A DNA stretch of 64,000 bases from the human T2T-CHM13v2.0 reference genome, Homo sapiens (GCF_009914755.1 NC_060945.1), one strand, 5' to 3'; shown: positions 14,316-28,658, numbered from the stretch's first letter. The notes: generated from the letters alone by a model not told the origin. Translations and numbers: made by a program.

Positions 14316-17225
14316 ACTGCAGTAACATTATGTAAGACAAACTGCACATTTTAATCCATGGTCCTGAAGAACTCTGCAAACGCTCTTTTTTCTCACTTTT
14401 CCTATGGTGCCTTTACCTCACGTATGGTCAAAGAGCAACATGTGGCTCTGAATTTCAAATGGGGAAAGCTAACAGCACAAAGAGGTAAATAAGATGTCCA
14501 AGGTCATACTTACAGTTTGTAGGGGCGGAACCAACAACAGAATTTCATATTTCTTATTCCGAGGGGCCTGCACTAACCAATAAACCAACTGCCTCCCTTG
14601 ATGAAACTAAAGTATGCCAATTATCCAAACTGTGTAGGAAACGTTGACCAAAACAGGGGTTAATTGGACATTGGTTGTTTTAATTCCATAATCAGCTCCT
14701 TCCCTGAGCTACCCTGGGAGTGAATAACATATCTTTCACAGGAATGGGAAGGAAGCCAGCATAGGCCATCTGGCTGAACATGTCCTTTCCTCAAGTTATC
14801 CCTGCAGCTGTGTGAAACTTAACTGATGTTGAAGAACTTTACAGTTTAATTTGCTTTATCATGTTCCCTCTATTCCATTAAAATTAAAAGTAGACAAATC
14901 TTTATGTTCATATTAGCCAAGCAGTTTCCCTGACTCCAAAGTCATGGAATATACATGAACATATATAGTCTATGTGTGTGTGGAGGTGAGGAGGAGGGGA
15001 GCCTGAAATTTTTGGATATCAAGAAACACGTTTCATATTCAAAAAGAACAATTCATTTAGACTAGGGCCACTAGAAAATAAACAAAAACTTGTCATTTTC
15101 ACATGAAAATGAAACTAAAATACTGGTCTTATTAATCATGAAAAAAAAAGAAACATGAAAGAGAATAGGTAGCTTATTTCCTTGCCCATTTTCCCCACTT
15201 CTCCTACTTTGTAAATTTGTAAATATGACAATAAATCTAGACTATTAAGTGGAAGAGTATTTCCTAATGAATACTCTAGAATCAGATGTGCATCCGTCAA
15301 GTGGGTTCAGTCACGATTCTAGCGCCACTAGCCTAAGAGCTGCTCCAGAAGGTGAGCATGTACTCTTTCCCTCTCAACAATTCTCTCTTCCTGCCTCCCT
15401 CCACCCCTCCTCTTACATGGTTTATTTTCTTCTTTTCTCCATCTTTTATTTCTCAAGTTTGAATGTATTTCTACCTGTCTTACTCATGAACATTGCTGGC
15501 ATTCAGATACTGATATAATGCCACCATATTCCTTATGCTGGGAACTGTGTACTAGGGAGGGCCGGGGTGGGTTACTTTTAAGCAATGCAAATACTAATGC
15601 CCAAGTTTGGGTCAGACTAGGGCTGTCCAAGCCCTAGATGATGAGCCTTGAGCAAGGTTGAAGAGACTTGAGTAAGGATGAGAATTAATGAGGCAGTGTA
15701 GAGGGAATGTCTTTTCCCAATACAAAATTTAGGTACTATGACTATTAACTAGAAGAAGGTAAGAGCCAGAGGGCAACAGTAAGAAACAGCCAAGAGGTAA
15801 TGAAATCTTAAAAGAGATGCTGGTGTTCAAGCTATATGTGTGAACAGACATGGAAAATGAATTCCTAAAGTGAAACTCTAATGCAAAGACTGGGTGGATG
15901 GTTATGTTGAAGTTGGCCAGCAAACAAAGACCAGATGGTTCTCCCTCAGAGGGCTAGATGGCAAAATATTAGATAAAGGGACCCTGATACAGCTAACTTC
16001 TATCATTTCTAGCATCATATGCCTGTATTTATAATAATAAATGGACATAGCATCTAATAATAAGTAGCCATCACACTGCCTGCAAAGTTCATTAGTGAAG
16101 TTGAGTGGGAAGAAGGGTTACCCTAGGTCAGGTAAGGCCAGTTGTACCTAAGGGCTCTACGTGCTTCTCGTTTCATTTGCTGCTGTCAACTATTAGGTTG
16201 CCGCATGTCTCTACTTCTTCTTAAATAAACTCTGATGGCTCCTGGTCCTAGATTACAGCCCTGGCCCAAAATGTCTTGACAACAATTGCCTAAAGGAAGG
16301 AGTCAGGAACAACAATTATTCCATGGTGTGATGGCTAAGAAAAAGAGGCAAAAGATTCCACTGCTGTAGTTCTAACTACTTCTCACTTACTTTCTTTGTG
16401 CATATCATGTAACATGCCTCTTCTTATTAACAGGACCTGGGCTCTGTGGGACTGCTCTGAATCTGTCCATGCAAACCAACTTTTGGAACTCTGGGGCTAC
16501 GAGATAAAGGAGAAGAAAAAATGTTCTAGGTGTTATTTTCTCTTTGTGCCTCACTCTATTCATTTAAAAAAAGAAAGCTCAACAAGATCCTCTTTGAGAT
16601 TCTACTGCATTTTCCTGGGCTTCAGTTATTTTACCTCCTTATTTTAAAGGCCTTTTTGAGAATGTTGTTAGTTCAGCTAAACATGATGACTCTGCCTTTC
16701 TTCCTCTGCTCTATCTTGTAGGACTGATGTTCCTTTCAGGCAGAAGCATGCATTTCCACTCCTGACAGAATAAGATGCCTTATTTCACCTCCCCTATTAC
16801 CCACAAAAAGGGAGACTTGTAAGTGTCACTCCAGAATTTTTGCCATTGAGTTTTAGAGAATATCATGGCCATAAAAAGGAAATAAAATTATTTGCATAAA
16901 TAATGTCAAATTTTCAAAAAGTAAATGGAATAAAATACTCTTGTATAGAAAGGAAGAAATAAAAGGAAGCAAGGTCACTGTTCCATTCATTTTCCCCACA
17001 ATATTATTAACACCCAGGCATATGATAAAGATTTGTCAAAAGACTTCCTAATATTAAATTGGAAGATGACTAAAAATGTTGTCTATTTACATCTGAGATA
17101 GCAAGAAACCTCATCCAGAATTAAAAAGCTGCGTTCCTTTCATCTTTTTTTTCCTTTTCCCCTTTCTCTGACCAACATTTTCTCCTCTATTCTAAATATT
17201 GTACACAGCCCAAAGGAAGTCAGTC

Positions 17226-17535
17226 TTGTTTTGTTTTGTATGCTTTCAGACAGGTCTCACTCTGTTGCCCAGGCCTGAGTGTGGTGGTGTGACCATGACT
17301 CACTGCAGCCTGAAACTCCTGGGCTCAAGCAATCCTCCCACCTCAGCCTCCGGAATAGACGGGGACTATAGTTGCGTGCCACCATGCTTGGCTAATTTTA
17401 CATGTTTGTTTGTTTGTTTATAGAGACGGGGTCTCGAAATGTTGCCCAGGTTGGTCTAGAACTCCCGGACTCAAGTGATCCCCCGACCAGGCCTCCCAAA
17501 GTGCTGGGATTATCGGTGTGAGCCACCAACCCCTG
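17226..17535 (-). mobile_element. Alu (AluJ-like)
   Basis: Reverse dimeric Alu with CTCCTGGGCTCAAGCAATCCTCCC. Confidence 0.92.
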
Positions 17536-18772
17536 CAGAGTCTACATCTGAAATAAACCACAGAAGCAAGGATATCACTTAAACAATGTAACTTACCAAT
17601 TCAGTCTGAGTGAGTTTTGTAGTTTATAACATATTGATGAAAACAGTTAAGTGTCCACATTCCGTTTACATAAGAGAATGCTATTCAAGCTTTTAAAATA
17701 AAAAACTTAAACTATTCCCCTCACCCCCCAAAAAGTCTAACTATAAAGATGGGTTTGCTACAAAATAATTAGCAAAACTGATTTACCAAGTAAGATGTCC
17801 TCCCGCTCACTGCCCCCCAGAAATACGTATACTGTAGGAATACTCCTAGGAAGTGACACAAGTGAAAGAAAGAATATTCTTTCAATATGCTAAAAACATC
17901 TACAGTGCACTAAAAAAAAGTCCCTAAATTTGGCAATACATTTCTTCCAAAAATGTTATTCAATAACATAAACATTATGAAGTAGAACTGGCTGTCCCAT
18001 ATGTTCAGAATAAAAGGGTTAAGTGGAGTCCTGCATAACTAGCAAAGTGGAAGAATAAATGGTAAGATTAAGACATACACATACAAACATTAAAATCTAA
18101 ATATCAGAACAACTAAATAAAAATTTACCTTGCATCTCTACTTTTAACTATATAATAAAAAATGGTCATTGGATAGCTGATACTTGTCAAATCTCAGCAA
18201 ACTTATGAGAGAGAAGGGATAAAAATGGTTAAACCTTAAAATACCTGTTCAATAATCAGTTTTTAATTATCAAAAAAATGTTGACATGAAAGGCACTTCT
18301 ACAATTGCAAAGGGAAACCTTGTATTTTGCATGGCTATGTAGTTATACCTTTGTGTTATCAGTGGTGAGTCTGGAGATAAAAGATGATCACACATAACCA
18401 ACTAAAATCGAGACCAGTAATGACCAAAAAAAAAAAAAAATCAGGGCTGAGAAGCTTCCTATACTTGACTTCATAAACTATTTTACTGTATTGGTTACTC
18501 AGAGGACTAGATACCACTCCAATCCACAAATTGTCAACCTCAACAATTTAAATGTACGAGTCAGATTTTCCACAGTTCACTTCTGAAAGATCTTCATTTA
18601 TACAAATATCCCTTCTATATTCATATCTAAAAGATACCATGAGCCTTAAAAACAGTAACACTGAGGGTCAACCATTTGCTCTGTAACCCCAGCTTAAATG
18701 TGTCTGAGCCTCAGTTTAACATGTATAACAATGTATTTAATGGAGCAGTTATGAAAATTAAAGATGACAACG

Positions 18773-18983
<211 letters not shown>

Positions 18984-19307
18984 ATGACAGTGTATATACA
19001 ACGTCCAATCCAACACAGGAGGTCCTCAAGAAATGTTAATTCACCTTTTTCCTTCTTTGTATTACTTACTACTTTGAAAATGTTTTTATACTCAAGTATC
19101 TTGAACAATTTTCGGTATAATACTCATACCAAGTATCTGGTATTTCCAATTCCTGACAGATTCTGACATCTACAGTTGGATCATGTATTTATATATTTTA
19201 CTATGCCTTGGTACTTTCAATCATATGACACTGCTTAGTCACAATAAGCGTATTGATGCCTCTATCCTATTGTTTATAAAACCATCCATTAAAGGCAAAT
19301 TGCAAGA

Positions 19308-19592
19308 TTTTTTTGGGGGTGGGGTGGGGGCGCAGACTGAGTCTTGCTCTATCGCCCAGGCTGGAGTGCAGTGGTACGATCTCAGCTCACTGCAACCTCC
19401 GCCTCCCGAGTTCAAGTGATTCTCATGCCTCAGACTCTTGAGTAGCTGGGATTACAGGGGTGCACCACCATGCCTGGCTAATTTTTGTATTTTTAGTAGA
19501 GACGAGGTTTCGCCATGTTGGCCAGGCTGGTCTCGAACGCCTGACCTCAAGTGATCCGCCTACCTCAGCCTCCCAGAATGCTGGGATTACAT
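19308..19592 (-). mobile_element. Alu (AluSx/Sz-like), about 22 nt 5'-truncated, tail largely replaced by a G/C tract
   Basis: TSD GCAAATTGCAAGATTTT at 19295 and 19593. Confidence 0.92.
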
Positions 19593-20389
19593 GCAAATTG
19601 CAAGATTTTTATGCTATACAGAGAGTTTTCTTGAGTGCTATCTAACTTTTTTATTATTTTCATTTGACTAGAGAAAATAAAACTATTAGCTTACTGAAAA
19701 GGATCAGCCTTCTGAGTGATATGACATGGATCAACTTTAATTTCACTCAAGAAACAATTTTTTAAAAATAGAAATTTTCATTGGAATTTCAAATGAACTT
19801 TGCTTTTTACAGTGAAAAACATTGTTGTCAACTGCAAACGATATACAACAGGCATTTTGTGAAGACATTTCATTTCAAAGATACCTTAAAAAAGTAGACA
19901 GCACACTGAAGCTAAGAGAACCAGCCTTAAAGTCAGGTGGCCAGGCTTTGAATCTTAGGTTCAGGCAGTAACTTTTCTGAGATTCTAGGGATAATATTAA
20001 CTATTTAACAGGGCTGTAAAAAAAATGAAAGCACTTAACATTGTGTCTGCTATCCTCTAAGTACTCAACAAGTTCAAGTATTCTAGAGCAAACAAATTTT
20101 ATTTTTCCCTCTGAAGTAAAAGCAAAAACCTACACTCACCTGCCTTGTATTTTATCAGTACTACAAAATAAATCCAAAACCTTTTGCCATCACTCAGTAG
20201 TATAAGTAACAATAAAAACCCAAAGGGTAATAATTATTCCAATTTCATACACATTAAATGATGGTATTGCAAATACAGCTTCTGATCCAAATAAAACAAA
20301 TGGAAAATGTAACTCACATTCATGCAGACAACCACATACATACTAAATAAAAGGAGTAACTAGATAAGCAGAAATCACAAGACATATGT

Positions 20390-20532
20390 CAAAGATCTGA
20401 GTTTTAGCCTAGAGACTGTCATTTGCTTACCAGTATTAACCTTGGCAGCTTGCATTTAATTAAGTCTCAGTTTCTTCATTTACAAAAGAGGGAGAAGGAG
20501 TCCTACTGCAGAGAATAGTTGGGAAGATTACA
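20390..20532 (+). mobile_element. MIR fragment
   Basis: GATCTGAGTTTTAGCC...ACCTTGGCAG...TAAGTCTCAGTTTCTTCATTTACAAAAGAGGG. Confidence 0.65.
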
Positions 20533-20943
20533 GGCTGGACTGTATGAGGAGGTTTCTTAAACCTGGGATACAAGGCCTTCTGAGAAATGCACATGTAGGC
20601 CTATGGGATCTGAGATTGTCAGTAGCTTCCAATAAATCATCAGTTACTTGAACCACAAAATATTATGAAATGTAGGTTTGTCAAAACGCTTCAGAATCTT
20701 TAAAGCTATAAATGATTTTAAAGTCGTGTTAAACTTGCATGAATTACAGTGTTCTGGGAGAGTGAGAGATTTAATTTTGTAAGAATTTTAATATTTCATA
20801 AATATGAAAGAAAGAGAATTCTTATATATGTAAAACTATAGCCTAGGAAATTCTGTCAAATAAGACTGAGAAACTCACTGGTGATTAGAGAGACTATTTT
20901 TAATGTAAATTTGTCTGACAACTGTTGTGATAACTGGTTTAGC

Positions 20944-20945
20944 TG

Positions 20946-20976
<31 letters not shown>
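20944..20976. repeat. (TG)n microsatellite
   Basis: Directly visible. Confidence 0.95.
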
Positions 20977-20979
20977 ATT

Positions 20980-21935
20980 ACTGTACTCACTTCCTAACTG
21001 GCCCTCCTCCAACACATTTTCCACACTACAGCCAATGCTCTTTGTAAAAGGTAAATCTCTTGGCTAAAAACTCATAATAGTTTCTATTTCACTTAAGAAT
21101 AAAGTCTGAATTCCTTTCTGTGGTTTGGAAGGCTCTGCATCAACTGGCTCCAGTGCATCTGACCAACCTTATCTCGCATCATTTAGTCCTTTGCTCATTC
21201 ATTACGCTCCAGCCAGGCGATGTCCAACAGAAATGTAATGGGAGCCACCAATACAACTTTAAATTTTGTAGTAGCCACACTTTTTCAAAGTTGAAAAAAA
21301 GTAAAATTAATTTGAGTATATTTTATTTAACAAAACATACCATGGTATCAATATGAAATCACTATAAAATTCTTAAGATACTTCACATTCTTTTTGTAGT
21401 ACTAAGTCCTTCCTCCAAGTTGGTGTGTATTTTACACCTACAGACTACCTCCATTCCGGAAAGCTGCATGTGGCTTGTGGCTCGTAGCTTCTTCATTGGA
21501 CAGTACAGCTCTCTAGCTATACAGACTTCTCTGGATCCCAGAACACCAACAGTGCTCTCCGGTCTTTGGGCGTCTGTGTGAGTGGTTCTCTCTTTTGAGA
21601 AAGTTCTTTCTGGCTTTCTTATGGCTGCCTCCTTTGCCTCCTTCCCCAAACTCAGCTTAAATATCACCCGCTAAGATACGTCTTTCCCAATGACTTTAGG
21701 CAAACAGTCTCCCCATTTTATTCCCTAGCAGAGCACCTCGGAGATCACAGTTGTCTTAGGACTTCTCTCATTCTGTCATTTTTTGTGCTTGCTTTCCTTG
21801 CTTTTCAAATATTTGTTTATGTCCTGTTTTCCACCACTAGACTATAACTATTGCTCCATGAGAACAAGGACCACTTTTATTCTGTTCACCATGGGCACAT
21901 CTGAGATACCGAATTTTTGCTAAATATAATAAATG
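20980..21935 (+). mobile_element. L2 3' region interrupted by MER33
   Basis: CCACACTACAGCC...AAGGCTCTGCATCAACTGGCTCC...CCACTAGACTATAA...CTCCATGAGAACAAGGACC...TGTTCACC, typical of the L2 3' end. Confidence 0.65.
21214..21509 (+). mobile_element. MER33 (hAT-Charlie MITE)
   Basis: TGTCCAACAGAAATGTAATGGGAGCCAC...GTGTGTATTTTACAC...CATGTGGCTTGTGGCT...ATTGGACAGTACAG. Confidence 0.8.
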
Positions 21936-22844
21936 CACGTCATTACTCTTAGTTGCTCCCTGGCCACTTCTAACATAATATTCAGAAACAACTGGGAGCA
22001 TAATATACGCACAAGAAAACAATAAATAAATATATATAATTATTTAAATTATAAACCAAATAAAGATGCTTACATGATATAATTTTTGAAAAATCCTTAT
22101 TTTCAAGACACTTGTATAAAGATAAATAAATCACTTTATTAAAAATTATAAGTACTATCCAGTTAAAAAATAAAACTTCACTTAAACTCAAATCAAATCA
22201 TAAGGCATTTCGGATATTTCTCCCTTTCCTGCCTTCCTGAGAAAAGCACTGTGTTAACTGCTCTTCATTCGGCATTCAGACTTTTAAAGTCAGATCACCC
22301 CAGTCTCCTACAGATCTACAAAAAATCTCTAAATGCCAATAAATTTTTACAATTAAAGGGAGAAAAAAGGAAACTATGAGTGATATTTGAAGAAAGATAA
22401 AGGTTTAGTTAAGATTTAAACAAACTAAATTTTACCTTTTCTGCTCTTAACTCTCATTTTCCAAATCATTTATTGTAATTCTAAACTGAGATTCACAGCT
22501 CCTTCAGACATATTATACTTTTAAGTGGAAAGGTGATCACTGACAAGTATGCAGTTTTTGATACATATTTTAATAAATTCGGTACAAATAAAAATCACAT
22601 AACTGATCATGACAAAGAATATATACTTTGGGAGAGGAAAAAATATGACTAAAGTGACAGACCATTATCTAGGTTAAAAACTGAGAATAAATTAATAGGT
22701 AAAAAATAGACATAAATGGTTGGATACAGCTCCCATATTATGGTTACCTAGTCAAGTCGTCTGTTATTAACAGCAGGATAAAAAAATACGTCAGTAGAAG
22801 ACATGGTAATCTTACACGTAGACACACAAACCCACAAAAATAAT

Positions 22845-22960
22845 CATTATATATATCATTTATATTATCCTTGAATATATATGAAAAAATATATTTTTAT
22901 ATTTATATATATACACATAAATATATTTATATATACAATTTATATATAATTTGTATATAC
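22845..22960. repeat. TA-rich low-complexity tract
   Basis: Directly visible. Confidence 0.8.
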
Positions 22961-22961
22961 T

Positions 22962-23125
22962 CCAGGTATTATACATTTGTCTTCTCATTTAATCCTCATA
23001 ACCTAAAGAGGAAGACACTAAAATAATCCCCATTTTGCAGATGGGGAAACTGTGGTGTAAAGAGGTGAAATAATTTGCTTGCACACTTTGCCCAACTGTT
23101 GAACTAAAGAACCAGGCCTGGAGAT
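22962..23125 (-). mobile_element. MIR
   Basis: CTCATTTAATCCTCATAAC...ATCCCCATTTTGCAGATGGGGAAACTG...AGAGGTGAAATAATTTGC. Confidence 0.8.
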
Positions 23126-23739
23126 TTATTTTCCAGTAATTGGAAGGAAAGGGTTAGAAACACTTTACCACCATCCCTATGACTTGTAAGCTTATAAACT
23201 TAATTTTGAGCATGAGACAGCCACGTCTCCAAACCACACTGCTACTGTCTAGCAGCTTCTCCAGTATCTCTGTGTTTGGTCAATTTGGCTTTCTGATCAT
23301 TTCTCTAGTTCCTTGTTCATTTCTCTACTGGAAATAAAACCAAGTCATGAGTAGCCCATGTGGTTGAAGGCCTGACCCACCTACAGCTAAGTCTGTCAGC
23401 ACCCTGAACTAGGCATGTGAATTTTGGATGGACCTTCTCAGTCTTTAACCTGAATATTTATCTGACATGTACCGCTGGGACCTATCTGCAAACCACAGCT
23501 CCAATCCCAGGAGTCTAATCTCTCCATGAACAATCTGAATTAGAATATTTCTTGAATTTCTTGAAAAGTCAGCATTTAATTATCACTGAAGGAGGCAAGC
23601 ATTGCCCCTTGGTGGTCCCCACATGGCAAGAGACTCAATTGGCTGCCTTCCTCTGCAAAGCCATGACTATATTATTAAAGAAAACACTGCCACAGATACC
23701 AAATGTCAACAGACTATATAACGTGTTTGTGATGTGCTA

Positions 23740-24162
23740 CAGTTGACCCTTGAACAACGCTGGCTTGCACCGTGTGGGTCCACTTATAAGCAAATTTTCT
23801 TCCATTTCTGCCAATCCTGAGACAGCAACACCAACTCCTTAGCCTACTTAATGTGAAGATGATGAGGATAAAACCTTTATTATGATCTACTTCCACTTAG
23901 CAAAGAGTGAATATATTTTCTCTTCCTTATAGTTTTCTTCAGACATCTTTCCTCTAGCTAACTTTATCATAAGAATACAGTATATAATACCTATAACATA
24001 TAAAATACATGTCAATCAACTGTTTTAATGTTATTGGTGAGGCTTCTGGTCAACAGTAGGCTATCAGTAGTTAAGTTTTGAGGGAGTCAAAAGTTATATG
24101 CAAATGTTTTAACTGCACAGTGGCTGGGACTCCTAATCCCCACATTGTCCAAGGGTCAACTG
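23740..24162 (+). mobile_element. Tigger2a (non-autonomous TcMar), complete
   Basis: TA|CAGTTGACCCTTG ... CAAGGGTCAACTG|TA terminal inverted repeats with TA duplication. Confidence 0.92.
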
Positions 24163-24200
24163 TATTCACAAGTTTATTCCAGTGTGAACTCTCGTAGAAA

Positions 24201-24464
24201 GAGAGAGAGAGAGGCAGGCTCGTGCTCTGTTGTCCAGGCTGGAGTGCAGTAATTCAATCACAGCTCCCCATAACCTTGAACTCTTGGGCTCAAGCAATCC
24301 TCTCGCCTCAACCTCCCAAGTAGCTAGTTAATTTTTTAATTTTTAGTAGCGATAGGGTCTTACTATGGTGCCCAGACTGATCTTGAACTCCTGGGCTCAA
24401 GCAATCCTCCTACCTCGGCCTCCCAAACTGCTGGGCTTACAGGGGTGAACCACTATGCCTGGCC
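24201..24464 (-). mobile_element. Alu (AluJ-like) with internal deletion and (GA)n-type tail
   Basis: CCCAAGTAGCTAG joins directly to TTAATTTTTT, so the start of the right arm is missing. Confidence 0.9.
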
Positions 24465-25524
24465 ACTGTAATTTTATGTAAAGTTTTCTTCTCAAATTTT
24501 AATACCTTTCTTCATAATACTAAATATGTTGTCACCCATTCTTGGCATGGAAGTCTACTGAGTCCACATCCATAGGGAGCAATTGAAAATTCTGTGTGTA
24601 TGAGTTTGCTTTGATTTATGTTCTATTTGGTTATAAACTTTACTGCAGCTACAGGAATAAAATTTGGCTAATATAAACGTAACAATTATTATTTCAGAAG
24701 CATAAAATTGAACAAAGAGTTGATACCAGGTTAAAAAAAAAATCACTTTTTTAAAAGCTAGATGATTTGTGTTTTAGCCCTGGCTCAGGTCCTAAGCAGT
24801 TTTATAACAGTGGCTAAGTAGGAACTTGCCTAAAGCCCAGTGTTCTCATCAGTTAAACGAACTCTTTATAATAATTCCTAAGGTTCCTACTGCTCAAGAA
24901 CTCCAGTCCAAGCCTAGCTAACACTGGATACCAAGTAACACTGCATGCTCATTTACTGAACTTAGGGAAGTATCACCCACATAAAGTTGTTCTCATGAAT
25001 GTCTTCCATTTCATGGCTTAAATTAATAGCCATAATAACATGTCAAATGTTTGTTTTCTCTATAGTTTAATGTACCTAGATATATCTGACTAAAATTAAC
25101 TGGTGATTTTCTTGGATGTTTAAAATAATTTGTTGATATTGGTTAATAAGCATAATGTACCTAAACTGACAAGATGAAACTCTAAGAATTAGATTTCACA
25201 GCTTAACAAAATTCAACAACACAGTAGATCTGCATATGAGGGGAAAGAATAGAGGCAATTTGAAGGGAAGAAGAACTCAAAGCACACATTTGGAAGAAGT
25301 ACACTTTAAGACTCAGTCATTTGAACTACTCTGACTGGAAAACAATTCCATAAACACCATTCAGAGAGATTCCTGTTTCTTCAATACCTAGAGTACTTTC
25401 AAAAGAGCAACTCATGTAAAAACTCACTACCATGAACACTGCACAGATTGAAACCACAAATAGCCAAGAGAGAAGAAAGGAATGTATCGGGGTGGGTGAG
25501 AGGGGAAGGTGGTTGAGGATTCCT

Positions 25525-25625
25525 TATTCATGTGTTCAACAAATGTTTATTAGGCAGTTATTATATGCCAGGTACAGTGTTAAGCACTGTGGATACTTTG
25601 GTAAACAAAATATAGTCCTTTCCTG
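25525..25625 (-). mobile_element. L2 3' terminal fragment
   Basis: TTCAACAAATGTTTATT...TATGCCAGGTACAGTGTTAAGCACTG. Confidence 0.65.
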
Positions 25626-28600
25626 TTAAAACAATCTTCCACTCCATCAAAAAATAAATAAATAAGAAAAAAAAAGGAAAATATCAATTTTCTCTACTTG
25701 GTAACCTATTTTAACTTCCCCATCTTACTTGGCTAATTATTAACCATGTGCATGCCATGTATTTCTTTTGAGAAAGTGAAAGATTCTAAAATCTTCAAAA
25801 TTTGTAAAGTAATTACAAAATCAAAAACTGTAAGTAAAAAGAGTTTAAAGAACATGTTTAATTCTGAAAAATAAAATATTCTGATTTTTAGTTCCATAGT
25901 TTACTTTTCCTCTACAATTTCTGATATGTTTTTTCAATAGAGAAAAACCCACAAAACTAGGTGTACAAAAATACAGTACAAATAATTTTGATGCCTATAT
26001 CCAATTGAAACAAAATTTAATAGTCTGAATTTTGTAAGGGAGTTCCAAAGTTCTTTGAAAACATCCCCTTTATAGACAATATGACCTCAAATAGTTCATT
26101 TTAATCAATGTTTTTATGTCACAGAGTGATATATTTATTATTAACAGGTGCTTAAAAATGCTTCTTCACTTGGTCATTTTCTATAAAAGTATCTGCAAGC
26201 CAGTCTAGACCAATGTCTATAGCTTGTGATTATACAGATCTCCGGAATGTCTTCAGGATGTATAATTACTACATACAGAACACTTATTCACACATTTAAA
26301 TGGAAGTGAAATGTAATCTAAAAAATGTAAAGCTATATACTAGTTTCAAGAATACAAAAGTAAACAATAGGAAACAACTTTCATTTCATCAGTGTATTAG
26401 TATGAGGTATTTTGCTTCCTCTCTCTCCTAAATCAAGTGTTCTGATTGTAATCGAAGGATCAGGATGGGGACAGAAGAGGGAAAAGGGCACCTGCAGTTC
26501 ACATGTGGCAAGAGGCTTGGACAAGAGGAATTTCTTTTCTCCCCTTGCAGTACAGATTTATACACAACCGAAAAAGTGCAGCTATGACCACATTTTAAGA
26601 ATGCCTAAAAATGCCCAGGAGTCTAATTCCTATCACAGATATTTTAATCACTTTATAAAATCTTAAAGCATTTATTCCTTTCATATTAAGTAACCTCAAA
26701 TAACCCAAATTGTACACTACAAGTCTCTATTTGAGTAACAATCACAGAATTAAAAAAAATTATAAGAAATATGCAATTTCCTTTTCTACAACCGAATAAA
26801 ACAGTATAATGTTTATGCAAATCAAGCTAGCAGAAGAATAAAGTAAACAACACATTTCTTAATTTCTTAATATAGTTCAAGGTGGTGTAGTGGCCACCTC
26901 TTTTCTTTTTTTCATGAAAATCTCTTTCCTTTGCACCATGTTATATAGGATCTTTAAGAATATAATGTACTGAAGATAATTTAAAATAATTTTCTAAACT
27001 ATGTCCATAACCACCTCCATGACTGCTCCCATCTGATGGTTAAAATCTTACAGTACTAGCTTGAATTTCATCTCTGCCTCACATGTTTCAAGCAGGGAAG
27101 CAGATTTAGTGCCTCAGAACACTTTACAGGGTTTCATTATCAATCAGGTTATGTTCCCGGTGACGCTTTCAGTAAAATTATCTTATTCAAATGAACTCTC
27201 TTGGACTGAAGTAAACAAAGCTGTAGCCCATTGCTCTCACATACTCTCCATTCATTTATTTCCTTTTTCTTTACTTAGACTTACAGCACGTGCCCTAGAA
27301 AGAGCGCATGTTGAATATTCCTGGAGTGTCACAATATGCAATACAATAAAACAGATTACGGCCCTACCTTTCTCTCACAGCAGTGGTGCCAAGCACAGGT
27401 ACACCGGAGTAATCAATTTGTTCTGCAGACCGTAAGGCTTTCATAGAATACTAATGTAAAATCTCTTTTCTTTCTCCTTTGCCTTGACTCCCTAATGCCC
27501 AGGTCCCGACCAATACAAGGAGGAGGGCGGTATGTCTTCTGCTGAGATAACCACAACTACTAATCAAGTATACGTGTACAAGGGCACAGGATTAAACCTC
27601 CACCAAGCTTGAGTCAGGGTTTGAGAGCAGCTAAACACATGCACAGCATGGTCAAAATTAAACACACACACACACACGCACCCACGCACACACACGTGCC
27701 ATGAAAATACAGATGTGTCTACTTCGGTGAACTAATTCATCACACTTTACCATGCCTCGTTTTTTTAATCTCAGGGGCATAAAATTACCTCCTGTTGAAC
27801 TGAGGACTTAGATTCAACAGTGCCCAACAATTGTTTTTCCAGAAACGAGAATCATGATCAGTCTTCTTTGTACTCAACTGTTAACCATTTTTAAAACTAG
27901 GCATTTTTCTTAATTGTACTATCCAGCGCAGTTTTACATGAATTTATCATTTCAGGTATTAACATAGGGTTAATAGACTCTGCATGGATTCTTCAGATTT
28001 TACACTTAAAAATATATTGTAATAGCTCAAGTCTACTTTACCAAGAAAAGTATGTGCATTACCAGTAATAAGACATACAAAAGATTTTCATGTATCTTGA
28101 AGTATTTACATTATGAATAATCCCAAGCTATTTGAAAAATATTTTCAGGTCTCAACAATTATTTAAAAAGCACCTTTAACACTTCATAATTATGGCATCA
28201 CGGTGGTATGGTTAATCTTATAAATCTAGAGTTCTGGTGTTCTTTTCAATTAGACATTTTCACTTGGCTTATTTTTCTTTTATTCAAAATATGAAAAGGT
28301 ATGCCAGTCATTGAGTAGGCGAATGACAGAAGTTGTTAAATATTTTTTAACAACATACATTGCCACATTTTAATTTGCCTGCCTTAATTTTCAAATAACT
28401 CTTGAAAAGTATTGATAGTTAAGGGGCTGCAAACTAGGCAAAAATTAAGAACAAAATACTCAAAATAACTGAAGAAACTTATTAGGAGGCATCCTAAGCC
28501 GTTCTGTTTTCATGTAAACAACTGCTTTAACACTGCTAAAATACATGTGTCTCATTTTGCACTTTTTCTATTTCTTAAAAAAAATCAGTAGGAACAATTA

Positions 28601-28658
28601 AGAAATACTAGGGACTCAATGAAGTATTGCAATAATGTTTAATCGATACTGATGCATT

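Noticed and set aside
14495-14510. CCAAGGTCA nuclear-receptor site
   Set aside because: Appears to lie in a MIR-like relic whose consensus carries this motif; isolated and uninformative.
27061-27435. 124-aa + strand ORF in unique sequence
   Set aside because: TTG start, no recognisable domain, antisense to the host gene; length compatible with chance.
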